Source: Tubiluchus corallicola (lineage: Eukaryota; Animalia; Priapulida). From it: a DNA stretch of 40,290 nt. The notes below the pieces were generated by a model. The model ran no database searches. It was not told the origin of the DNA and saw only the letters and a list, made by a program, of their open reading frames with translations. Shown in pieces: positions 1-13,150 of this stretch. The stretch's first letter is position 1; every line of letters begins with the position of its first letter. Location: contig JAQGDQ010001455.1 of NCBI GenBank assembly GCA_030141605.1, forward strand, positions 1 to 40,290, read 5' to 3'. A program made the translations under genes and the position numbers.

Positions 1-1059
1 TAATCTGTAATGTAATGTTACCGACGTTTGTATCCCTTTTTGCTGACCACGTGACTGCACTCGTGACGTCATTCGTCTTGCGCAACGAAAAATGGCGGTT
101 CTTCAAAATTTATTACCGCAAACAACGAAGTGGTAACAAAAATCAAAAGAAACGAGTTTTACAGTAAATTTATAATAAAATAAATTTAATATTCTTAATG
201 AGTCTAAGATTTTAAGTTGTGAAATTTTATATTATAGTGAGGGTTTAGTTTGACAGTAACTGCAAACAATGAATTCAATAAACTGCTTTGCTTTTCGAAC
301 CATAGTGTATACTGGGTTTTATGGCAATAACTGACGCACAGTGTGAACGGGGTTTTAGATTTCAGTAATTAGATTAAGCGCAAGAGAGTCATTTGGACTA
401 TTACAAGAAGGAGACTGTACTACAATCAATGACTGCCATATTCCAACTCAATATTCTAGTGTTTTATACGTCATTTCTATTAAAAGTATATAAAAAGGCC
501 ATTTTACAAATTTGCATTTAATTCTGTAGTTCTAGACTTTACTAAACACAAACATTAGAAAAATCTAATTTGGTAATTTTACTAATTTATACCACATTCT
601 ATCGAATTTATAAGATTGACATTCATTAAAGTAAAATGTTCAAAGTGATCAGTTCATAATAATACAAAATGATGTATTTACTTACATCGTATGTCTCCAA
701 AAAGCAAATCTAGTATTTACCAATATACCTGACAAATTACGCCATTATCATACTGTGAAAAACTACTTTTAAAGAAGCCTGTTAACGTCTACCAACTAAC
801 TCACTTGCCCAGGTAGAAACAGATCTGCGCAAGGTGAGTGATCGTGGTCACGTGACCAGCGAGATACTTGACGAAATTTCCTACATAGACTAAAGTTCCA
901 CGAGCACTCTTGCTTAAGTTGTATTCTTCTAATAGTAACTAGTTTTTTCTGTAATATTTGAACCTTATAATTATAACTCTCTCGTACTTGCCTTGTTCTT
1001 ATGCATTTCTTCCTTTTTGCGGAGCACTCACATTTTTGTTAACAACTGCAAATACTTAC

Positions 1060-1268
1060 CTTTTTTCTCTCGGATTGTTCATGTGATTTTCCTCCTGGAA
1101 AAGAGCTCCCATGTCTCTCGTTAAGACAGATGCTTCGTCAGAAAGATCTTGGCGGAACGCATCAATTTCTGCATCAGAGGGCCAACACGACTGAGACGGG
1201 GTGCAGTATTCAGCACTGGTTGATTGTAGAATTATGGCTAGTGTAAAAATCAGCAGTTTGTTCGCCAT
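1060..1268 (-). CDS. First coding exon of BBE-like FAD-linked oxidase, copy C (remaining exons lie left of the window)
   Basis: MANKLLIFTLAIILQSTSAEYCTPSQSCWPSDAEIDAF...; 209 nt ending at AG|GTAAGT donor; acceptor TTTTCAG at 1310; differs from copy A by N18S. Confidence 0.85.
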
Positions 1269-1380
1269 AGTTATTATGTTCTGACAAAGGAAATGGAAAT
1301 CAATGACTCCTGAAAACAGTATGAAAATGTTTATTAAAATTAAGCATTAAATAGTGCAGGTGAGAGAAACAGGGACAGTA

Positions 1381-2120
<740 letters not shown>

Positions 2121-2329
2121 GTGATAGGAGACAACGAATCATGACCTGTAGCAGCACTTTTTATAATTTTGTGTACCACCAATTTCTTAAATCAGAATGT
2201 AACTCATTCCAAAATGATGATGTACTTCCTACTTCTAACAGCAATATAGACTTAGGGGCCAACAATTTGCATTATTGGGAGAATCTTAAAACACTGGCTG
2301 TCTACATGAAAATATCGAAACAACTAAAA

Positions 2330-2563
2330 TACAAACATTGTATCTTTGTATAAATTATTTGTACAAACATTGTATCTTTGCATGAAATATTTGTACAAAC
2401 ATTGCATCTTTGTATAAATTATTTGTACAAACATTGCATCGTTGTATAAATTATTTGTACAAACATTGCATCTTTGTATAAATTATTTGTACAAACATTG
2501 CATCTTTGTATAAATTATTTGTACAAACATTGCATCTTTGTATAAATTATTTGTACAAACATT
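2330..2563. repeat. 32-bp minisatellite, ~7 units
   Basis: Unit TATAAATTATTTGTACAAACATTGCATCTTTG with internal palindrome TTTGTACAAA. Confidence 0.92.
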
Positions 2564-3139
2564 GTGTAAATGCTGCATCGTCGTCACATTGAGGAAATAC
2601 AAGACTTCGTAACATGACTTTATATTACGTACTAAACGCTTCCAGTTGTTTCTATCTGATATGAAATGCATCAGTCTTAAATATTCGTACATTAATATTT
2701 TCTAACCATCATTTTCTACTAATGTCTAATGTAATCTTGCAGTAAAAGTCGTCAGCTTGTGTAGTTATAGTCTATTCTTACTGTAAAAGTTTTTGTAAAT
2801 AGTGTATATAGACTTGGTGAGGATCCTAAATCAGGTTGTTCAAGCTGTCTGATCCAATCCTATCATAAATTATATTTGAACTAAACTAATATGACGACAT
2901 TGTTACCGTATTGTGTACACACATTCCCACTAGATGCATCTATGTTGCAGAAATCTGATCGCACAATATCGTGGCAACGTCATCGGCCTACATTGACATT
3001 GTGTGGAACTAAGTTTAAAATATTGTATCTCAATGTTGTTACGGCATTGTTGTGCGTGTACAATGTCTTTCAAGAAATGGTCTTCAATCACCAGAACCTT
3101 ACAGCAAAATGTATAGTAGATCCATTTAAGAAAAACTAA

Positions 3140-3875
3140 AGCTACGACTCCATGCGCGCATAATGCGTAATGCGTGATCCGTAATGCGTATTTCGTATAC
3201 AACAGATTACATTTAAACATGTAGAAGTGTTTCCATGTGTATGTAATCCGTAATCCGTAATCCGTAATGCGTATACAGCTGTTTATATTTAAACACGTAG
3301 AAGTGTTTCCATGTGTATGTAATGCGTAATCCTTAATGCGTATACAGCTGTTTATATTTAAACACGTAGAAGTGTTTCCAAGTGTATGTAACGCGTAATC
3401 CGTAATGCGTATACAGCTTTTATATTTAAAACATGTAGAAGCGTTTCCATGTGTATGTAATGCGTAATCCTTAATGCGTATACAGCTGTTTATATTTAAA
3501 CACGTAGAAGTGTTTCCATGTGTATGTAATGCGTGATACGAAATGCGTATACAGCTGTTTATATTTAAACATATAGAAGTGCTTCCGTGTGTACGCAATG
3601 CGTAATACGTAATGCGTGATGTGTAGTACGTGACTATTTACTCGTACGCGATGGCCATCGTCTGAATACGCATCGCGCAGCAATACGCAGACAGGAAATC
3701 CCCGTTGCCTAGGTGATTACAGCGACTTTCCTAAACTATTATTCGGAAAGAAAATGGCGGAAAGAACGCTGTGAGCTTTGTTAATACATACATCGTTCAT
3801 GGACATATGAAAACAGTCAATACGCATTACGCACCACGTATCACGAATTGCGCATTACGCGCACATGGAGTAGCT
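3140..3875. mobile_element. Non-autonomous TIR element (possibly Kolobok-like) carrying an internal ~69-bp tandem repeat
   Basis: Imperfect TIRs AGCTAC(GAC)TCCATGCGCGCATAATGCG and CGCATTACGCGCACATGGAGTAGCT; flanks CTAA/TTTA resemble a degenerate TTAA TSD; ~6 units of ~69 bp at ~3190-3610. Confidence 0.6.
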
Positions 3876-4769
3876 TTTACTTACCTTGAGGTTCTCAAGT
3901 TTGTAGAGATTAGTACTCCGCTGTACTGACACTAGAGACGCTTCACTGGAAAACCTTCGCACAGAAAAACAGATCCGTTCGATTACACTGTGGTGTCCCC
4001 TTCAAAGAGCAGCTATAGAAACTGCCACACTTAGTTACAGCTTGGGCAAGACCACACTGTTGAACGCACCTTCAAATATCACGCTTGATTCAGGAAACTG
4101 TGACTTTGTCCTTGAAATTTACCTGTCCACTTCCGGTTGCTCGCTTCTAGTTTTATATTTGCAATGACTGTGCTTTATATTCAAAATAAAAATTATATAT
4201 ATATCGATATTCATAACTATAAAAGCATAAAAGAACATCGCAGCATGAGAATAAAATTCACACAACTGTTAAAGGCAAATGCGCCCAGTGCAAACTAAAA
4301 ACTGCTGTGCCAAAAATTTAAAACAAAATATACATTATAATGTTACTCGCAAATTATAATAGACTATATACAATATATACATATATATATATAAAATTCG
4401 TTTTGCTTATGTTTGCTTTTGTTTTTTTATTTTTGTGTATTGCTTTGCTAATTAAAACTACTTTGATTCTTTTTTATTATCATTCTTTCATTATTATATT
4501 TTCAGTTTGGCAGGATTTTTTTTTGTTTCATCGCAGCTTAAATAGTCCCTATATTTTTTTTTGTAATAACTTTAACTAAAAGGGTGGCTAATTTGTTAAC
4601 ATATAGAGTTTTTGCTAACTCCCTCCTTTAACTACTAATAAGTTATTTTGCTATGTATGAAGAAGTTCTAATGGTAAGTGCTAAGACACTGATAAATCAA
4701 GTAGAATACAGGTGAGTTTCGTTTTATCTCTCATAAGCTTTATTTTCTGAATCAGTAGTGATACAATAC

Positions 4770-5490
<721 letters not shown>

Positions 5491-5601
5491 ACTGTCCCTG
5501 TTTCTCTCACCTGCACTATTTAATGCTTAATTTTAATAAACATTTTCATCCTGTTTTCAGGAGTCATTGATTTCCGTTTCGCTTGTCAGAACATAATAAC
5601 T

Positions 5602-5810
5602 ATGGCGAACAAACTGCTGATTTTTACACTAGCCATAATTCTACAGTCAACCAATGCTGAATACTGCACCCCGTCTCAGTCGTGTTGGCCCTCTGATGCA
5701 GAAATTGATGCGTTCCGCCAAGATCTTTCTGACGAAGCATCTGTCTTAACGAGAGACATGGGAGCTCTTTTCCAGGAGGAAAATCACATGAACAATCCGA
5801 GAGAAAAAAG
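5602..5810 (+). CDS. BBE-like FAD-linked oxidase copy A, coding exon 1 (signal peptide plus CxPxxxCWPS motif)
   Basis: ATG at 5602; upstream acceptor CTGTTTTCAG ending 5560; donor AG|GTAAGT at 5811 (phase 2); hydrophobic N-terminus then CTPSQSCWPS, a motif typical of secreted fungal-type BBE-like oxidases. Confidence 0.88.
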
Positions 5811-7016
5811 GTAAGTATTTGCAGTTGTTAACAAAAATGTGAGTGCTCCGCAAAAAGGAAGAAATGCATAAGAACAAGGCAAGTACGAGAGAGTTGGAAA
5901 ATTATAATTATAAGGTACAAATATTACAGAAAAAACTAGTTACTATTAGAAGAATACAACTTAAGCAAGAGTGCTCGTGGAACTTTAGTCTATGTAGGAA
6001 ATTTCGTCAAGTATCTCGTTGGTCACGTGACCACGATCACTCACCTGTGCAGATCTGTTTCTACCTGGGCAAGTGAGTTAATTGGTAGACGTCAACAGGC
6101 TTCTTTAAAAGTAGTTTTTCACAGTATGATAGCGGCATAATTTTTTAGAGATATTGGTAAATACAAGATTTGCTTTATGGAGACATACGATGTAAGTAAA
6201 TACATCATTTTGTATTATTTTGAATTCTTATGAACTGATCACTTTGAACATTTTAGTTTAATGAATGACAATCTTATAAATTCGATAGAACGTGGTATAA
6301 ATTAGTAAAATTACCAAATTAGGTTTATTTAAAGCGTGATTTTGTGTTTAGTAGAGTCTAGAAGTACAGAATTAAATGCAAATTTGTAAAATGGCCTTTT
6401 TTATTTTTTTAATAGAAATGACGTATAAAACACTACAATATTTTGTTGGAATATGGCAGTCATTGATTGTAGTACAGTCTCCTTCTTGTAATAGTCCAAA
6501 TGACTCTCTTGCGCTTAATCTAATTACTGAAATCTAAAACCCCGTTCACACTGTGCGTCAGTTATTGCCATAAAACCCAGTATACACTATGGTTCGAAAA
6601 GCAAAGCAGTTTATTGAATTCATTGTTTGCAGTTACTGTCAAACTAAACCCTCACTATAATATAAAATTTCACAACTTAAAATCTTAGACTCATTAAGAA
6701 TATTAAATTTATTTTATTATAAATTTACTGTAAAACTCGTTTCTTTTGATTTTTGTTACCACTTCGTTGTTTGCGGTAATAAATTTTGAAGAACCGCCAT
6801 TTTTCGTTGCGCAAGACGAATGACGTCACGAGTGCAGTCACGTGGTCAGCAAAAAGGGATACAAACGTCGGTAACATTACATTACAGATTACTAGTTGAA
6901 CCAAATTCATAAACAGCTTCGCTTATTTACCTACAGAAAATTGTGTTATAGTTTTTCTCTATTTCAAGAAAAAATATTTAGAAATTAATAAATTGAACTC
7001 TAGCAGCCATTGTAGA

Positions 7017-8068
7017 ATTAGCATCAAACACGCCTGTAGATGGCAGCAAAGACTAAGTCAGTACTTGTACATAGCATTAGCATCAAAAACGCCTGTAGGT
7101 GGCAGCAAAGTCTAAGTCAGTTCTTGTACATAGTATTAGCATCAAAAACGCCTGTAGGTGGCAGCAAAGACTAAGTCAGTACTTGTACATGAACACAAAA
7201 ACCCACACAAAACAACAACACAATTAGCATCAAAAACGCCTGTAGGTGGCAGCAAAGCTAAGTCATACTTGTACATAGTATTAGCATCAAAAACGCCTGT
7301 AGATGGCAGCAAAGACTAAGTCAGTACTTGTACATAGTATTAGCATCAAAAACGCCTGTAGGTGGCAGCAAAGACTAAGTCAGTACTTGTACATAGTATT
7401 AGCATCAAAAACGCCTGTAGGTGGCAGCAAAGACTAAGTCAATACTTGTACATAGTATTAGCATCAAAAACGCCTGTAGGTGGCAGCAAAGACTAAGTCA
7501 GTACTTGTACATAGTATTAGCATCAAAAACGCCTGACACAAAACAACAACACAAAACACAAAAACCCACACAAAACAACAACACAAAACACAAAAACCCA
7601 CACAAAACAACAAACACAAACACAAAAACCCACACAAAACAACAAACACAAGTATTAGCATCAAAAACGCCTGTAGATGGCAGCAAAGACTAAGTCAGTA
7701 CTTGTACATAGTATTAGCATCAAAAACGCCTGTAGATGGCAGCAAAGACTAAGTCAGTACTTGTACATAGTATCAGCATCAAACACGCCTGTAGGTGGCA
7801 GCAAAGACTAAGTCAATACTTGTACATGGTATTAGCATCAAAAACGCCTGTAGGTGGCAGCAAAGACTAAGTCAGTACTTGTACATAGTATTAGCATCAA
7901 AAACGCCTGTAGGTCCCAGCAAAGTCTAAGTCAGTACTTGTACATAGTATTAGCATCAAAAACGCCTGTAGGTGGCAGCAAAGTCTAAGTCAGTACTTGT
8001 ACATAGTATTAGCATGAAAAACGCCTGTAGGTGGCAGCAAAGTCTAAGTCAGTACTTGTATATAGTAG
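7017..8068. repeat. 59-bp intronic minisatellite with A/C-only interruptions
   Basis: Unit TATTAGCATCAAAAACGCCTGTAGGTGGCAGCAAAGACTAAGTCAGTACTTGTACATAG. Confidence 0.93.
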
Positions 8069-8254
8069 ACTGCATATTAAATACTACAAACGTAGGTAGT
8101 ACAAATAGCTCCTTAACTGAATCTAAAGTAAATAATTAGCACAGAAGCAGAAAAAGGTGAAAGCATTACCAGAGTTGATGAATTCTGACGTGGGCATTCA
8201 GATAGATATCAGCGTTTCAGAGAAAGTACAGAGAACTTAGACATATTAACAGGC

Positions 8255-8775
8255 ACCTTAGACCTTAGTCCTTCCCGTGCACGGATGCACATTGGGCAGA
8301 CAGCATTTTCCACTGGGTTCTATCGGCGGCTTCTCTTTCGATGTTCTCCCAACGTCTGTTCATAGCTTGAAGGTCTTCTTTGAAAGATCTGCGCCATGTT
8401 GTTTTTGGCCGACCTCTTCCTTTTTCCACCAGGTGGTTCCACCAGTGGCGTTGTTCTGGTAGGCGTAGAATATGTCCAGCCAATCTCAGCCTTCTCTCTG
8501 CAACTATTTCGTGCAACGGCCTTGACTGCGCCTGCTGTAGGACTTCCACATTGGTAACATGGTTGCGATAGAATATTTTTTAGGATTTTCCGAAGACATT
8601 TATGGTGGAAGACGTCCAGTTTCTTTGATATCACTGCTGTAACTTTCCAGGTTTCGCTGGCATAAAGAGCCGTTGGCAGCACAATGGTGTCGTGCAAACG
8701 AAGCTTGATTTTCTTGTTTGCCCAGATTTTTCCCATCTTCCTAAATACTGCTGCTGCTTTGCCAATTTTCACCCT
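8255..8775 (-). mobile_element. 5'-truncated, frameshifted RTE-clade LINE (C-terminal part of the RT ORF)
   Basis: KIGKAAAVFRKMGKIW...LYASETW...KKLDVFHHKCLRKIL / (frameshift) YRNHVTNVEVL...RRLRLAGHILR...GRGRPKTTWRR...AADRTQW; ORF ends in short tandem repeats TAAGGTCTAAGGT, typical of RTE 3' ends. Confidence 0.85.
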
Positions 8776-9849
8776 GACAGGTACAGAACTAGCAATTTTC
8801 TAGGTATCCAATTGATTTTTTGTTTATGAGAAATGAATAATAACTATGGCGAAGAGGTAAAGGAACTGCTGTTATTCTTATATTATCCGTAATTGTATTG
8901 TCAAGCACTACTGAATACTGTACATCTGATGTGCTGATTTAATCTTGTATTGTCCCCCTCTTTTCTGGTATAATTTGGTTTCCTTTTGAACTGGTCACGT
9001 GACCAATGTCTTACCTGTGAAGTTACCTGTAGACTGAAGTTACTCAGCCATTCACACACACTTCAGCTATAGATTCTTTAGGGTCGTTATAATATGCATT
9101 GATTACACTTATAGAAGATCACCATGTAACTTAGTTATTAATTTCTTAAATCTTGAACCTTTGTTTGTTAAAGAGATTTGAATAATTAGACTAGAGATTA
9201 CATTTTATAATTTACTTAAAAAGTTGTTAAAGTTAATAAGAACAGTTTGCTATAAATATCTCTGTGAATCTGAACAAATTTCACCCACTGATGGTTTCGT
9301 GTCAAAAAATCAGTTGCAGCTAATTTGAACATGCTCATTGTTTTCTTATTTTATGTTTTCCTTTTTCTTCTTCTTTCCTTCTGTTTTCTTTCTAATAACT
9401 GCAACATAGCTCTTCTTTATTCTCGTCTTCTTTCATCATCTTCATTCTCTGTTTCACATTTCAAGGTGGCTTAACAAGGTCCCCCTTTTAGCTGCCATCC
9501 AGCAAACTTCAGCATCTTAATATGGTATTTCTAGGGAGCACAGTTAATTTCATTTCATTTTTTTTTGCTGTTTGCATTTATACAAGATGTTGTACAAGTA
9601 TATTTATAGTTATTGTAGTTTGCTGGTGAAATAAACTGAATTTGAATTTGAATTTGTTTACAGATTAAACGATACAAGCTACTATGTTGTTGGAGATTTT
9701 TTATAAGAAGGTAGCACATCTGATGCTGAAATTGATACATTTTCTAAAGTCAAAGATCAGAAGCCAAACTCTTCCTCTGCTATGTTTTTTCTTGATTCGT
9801 TTCGTATTTGTTAACTATCTAATTAAGCTTTTGTTTTTCGTAATTAAAG

Positions 9850-10114
9850 GCAACCAGCACTGATTGTATTAGCAACTGAAACGAGTGACGTGCAAAAGGC
9901 AGTCTTATTCGCTTTGAAGTTCAACATTAAAATGACGGCATATTCGTCTGGTCACTCCTACATTGGACGTTCAGCAAATGATGATGGTGTTATAATTAAC
10001 TTGAGTGAGATGAAGGCAGCCACAGTTTACACAAACGACTACGAGGTGTCGCCAAATACAGGAGCTTACGTAGTGGCGCAGCCTGGCGTCACAAATTACC
10101 AGCTACATGAAGTG
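9850..10114 (+). CDS. BBE-like FAD-linked oxidase copy A, coding exon 2 (FAD_binding_4, His motif)
   Basis: Acceptor TAAAG|G restores the frame (R-QPALIVLATETSDVQKAVLFA...); contains SSGHSYIGRS, equivalent to the RSGGH flavin-attachment motif; donor GTG|GTTAGT. Confidence 0.9.
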
Positions 10115-10363
10115 GTTAGTACTACAGTTCATAATGATAAGAAGCCTTGTTTAACAAAAAGTCTTGATTTTGAAGCACAATTTTTTTGTAAATAAAATTT
10201 AGCTAAGTTTATACACTGAAAAAGTCATTTCCAGTGCCGCTGTCATCGTCAGTGTCATCGTGGTTGCCTTTGCGGCTATGATGCTGATGATGTTGCTGAT
10301 GTTGTTGCTTACTCCTGCTGCAGATGTTCATTCTTCCACCTATTAACTCTTCCAAATTTGCAG

Positions 10364-10570
10364 GCCCACGAAAATGGATTACTAGCAGCTGGTGGGAGTG
10401 GTCCCACTGTTACAATGGGTGGTTTTCTGATGGGTGGCGGACACAGTCCAAACACTAGAACACTTGGATTAGGTGCTGACAACCTTCTGGGTGCCACTCT
10501 AATCACTGCTGATGGAAGCATTGTTACAGTGAATGCAAGCACGTTAGTAAAGGAAGGAAAAGATGGAAAA
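10364..10570 (+). CDS. BBE-like FAD-linked oxidase copy A, coding exon 3
   Basis: TTTGCAG|GCC ... AAA|GTAAGT; 69 codons, AHENGLLAAGGSGPTVTMGGFLMGGGHSPNTRTLGLGADNLL...ITADG, the glycine-rich FAD-binding segment of the VAO/BBE family. Confidence 0.92.
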
Positions 10571-10745
10571 GTAAGTAGGCATCTCTTTGAGTCTCAAAAC
10601 ATTTTGCAGCAACATAAAGACTAATATGTGCTAAGTAACCTCTAAACCAATTTTCGAAAATGAAGTTGTAAGGGATCATGTGATCACATCAAAATGGAAT
10701 TCATTGTCGACTGGTTTCGAACAAAATGTTAATTGTCAAGGCATC

Positions 10746-11429
10746 TATAGGTTTTACACCTCAAATGTAGACACAGGAAAGTTCAAATGTGACTTAGGTA
10801 AGTCAAATGTAGACATAGGAATTTCGAATGTGTTTTGGTAACTCAAATGTGACTTAGGTAAGTCAAATGTAAATGCATTACTTTGAATAAATAGGTAATT
10901 AACTCATTTAAGTGCAAATTACAAAAAGATAAACCAAAGATAGTCATCACCTCTTTCATAACTTTGAAAAATGTGTTGTTTATCCCTTCCCAATGAACAG
11001 TGAATCACTAATTAGTTTTTTAAGTAATGCATTAGCACTGCATTAATGAATTAGTTTCTCTCAAGAAACATTGTTTATTTTAAGAATGTATTGTTTTCTC
11101 TAACAGTTCCAATGGTCTGTAAAGTTTACAGAATATTAGTAAACTACTAGTAGACCTATAAAGTTATTATTTTCACAGCAATTATTAAATTAAGATTAAA
11201 GGAGATTAAATTTAACATCTTTAAGCTTTATCACCTATCCACATTTGAGATACCAATGTCACATTTGACTTGACATTGTTAACACATTTGAACTACCTAA
11301 ATCTACATTTGAGTTACCAAGACACATTTGAACTACCTAAATCTACATTTGAGTTACCAAGACACATTTGAATTACCTAAATCTACATTTGAGTTAACGC
11401 AGGTCTACATTTGACATGTAAAACCTATA
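10746..11429. mobile_element. MITE-like element with ~27-bp TIRs and subterminal TCAAATGT repeats
   Basis: TATAGGTTTTACACCTCAAATGTAGAC ... GTCTACATTTGACATGTAAAACCTATA; ~20-nt periodic subrepeats inverted between the two ends. Confidence 0.75.
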
Positions 11430-12258
11430 AAACAAAGAAATTTACCAGAATTTAGAACAACATCGAAATGCAATTCAGTAGTTAGACAGCCAAAAGATAT
11501 ACGATAATTATGACACTGTATAGATCATTTAACAATTTACCTTACAAATTAAGTATCTTGATTGGTATGAAACTACGCTGCACTTCACAAACAAACTCGA
11601 GCAAATTTGAGTTTTTCTAACATGCTGAGCCAATCAGCAGAGCCAACATTGTTCAGCTTGATGTGTCTCCCTTCTTCCAGTTGTCTATCACTCGCATCAG
11701 CAACAAATTTTGGGAAGAGTTGGGAGATTTACTATAATATTTTTAGTAACTGCTATAACGAATAATCATCTATACTGATCATTGTGAAGCATATTCCAAA
11801 CAATGTAATTGGATGGTTTTTAATGCATTTTAATAGACGTAGTTCATACACTAAACCTGTGCACTGGTGTTTTTGAGTACTGGCCCACATTACCTTCAAC
11901 TTGCCAATATTGCTCTGATTTAGACAACACAGAATTCATAAATAACACGAAAGAAATTACACTGAAATGAGTGAACAAACCATTTCTGTGCATTGCTGTA
12001 AAGCAGACAAATCCATCCTTGTGATTGCTAACCTGGTACAAAACTAATAATAGTGATAATACCAGGTAAATCATTGAAGAAATCCAAACGTGGCCAACAT
12101 TACCACAATATACTATATATCTTTAACAATACTTATTAATAGTCAAGATTAATTAGACCCAATGCTTGTGAGAGCCACAAAAAGACATTTTCTAGACTGT
12201 TGTTTTATTTCAGGTATAGCTAATGGTTTTATAGTTGTGGCTTTTATGGTCTTATAGA

Positions 12259-12921
12259 TAATGCAGGAAATTCACCAAACATCTGTAGAGAGCCATTGTC
12301 CAGTGTAGCTAAAGCGGGAAGTTCAGCAGACACCTGCAGAGAGCCATTGTCCAATGTAGCTAAGGCGGGAAGTTCACCAAACATCTGCAAAGAGCCATTG
12401 TCCAGTGTAGCTAAGGCTGAAAGTTCACCAGACACCTGCAGAGAGCCATTATCCAATGTAGCTAAGGCGGGAAGTTCACCAAACATCTGCAGAGAGCCAT
12501 TGTCCAGTGTAACTTTGGCTCTGGAAGTTCATCAAAACAACTGCAGAGAGCCATTGTCCAGTGTAGCTAAGGCTGGAAGTTCGCCAAACATCTGCAGAGA
12601 GCCATTGTCCAGTGTAATTAAGGCTGGAAGTTCGCCAAACATCTGCAGAGAGCCATTGTCCAGTGTAGCTAAGGCTGAAAGTTCGCCAAACATCTGCAGA
12701 GAGCCATTGTCCAGTTTAGCTAATGCAGGAAGTTCATCAAAACATCTGCAGAGAACCTTTGTCCAGTGTAGCTAAGGCTGAAAGTTCGCCAAACATCTGC
12801 AGAGAGCCATTGTCCAGTTTAGCTAATGCAGGAAGTTCATCAAAACGTCTGCAGAGAGCCATTGTCCAGTGTAGCTAAGGCTGAAAGTTCACCAAACATC
12901 TGTAGAGAGCCATTGTCCAGT
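12259..12921. repeat. 51-bp intronic minisatellite, ~13 units
   Basis: Unit GAGAGCCATTGTCCAGTGTAGCTAAGGCTGGAAGTTCGCCAAACATCTGCA. Confidence 0.93.
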
Positions 12922-13150
12922 TAACGATTTGTTATAATACAGCTAAACAGGCACTGCATTCCCAATCCGCTGTGCGCCTGGAATAAAGGATCTCTTTCTT
13001 GTTTCTTTCACCACCTGTAAGCTTTTCGTATGATATCTACTACAGTAGAGTCTGTACGTGTAAAACCGTCTTTTGGAAACAGCTTTTTTATCAGTGAAGG
13101 TGAATTCATCTTCAACAGAAACGTGCTATAATTGATTTGCTTCCTTTCAG

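Noticed and set aside
2930-3683. HTHGNTSTC repeat ORFs (also 37969-38650)
   Set aside because: ~69-bp repeat inside a TIR element; frames are not conserved between arms.
6044-6064. Antisense 20-nt microexon-like pattern CAG|...CAG|GTGAGT
   Set aside because: Length differs between copies (20 vs 21 nt) and no partner exons were found.
12244-12775. LRR-like ELPALATLDNGSLQ ORFs (also 28500-29362)
   Set aside because: Intronic 51-bp minisatellite with frameshifts and variable copy number between arms.
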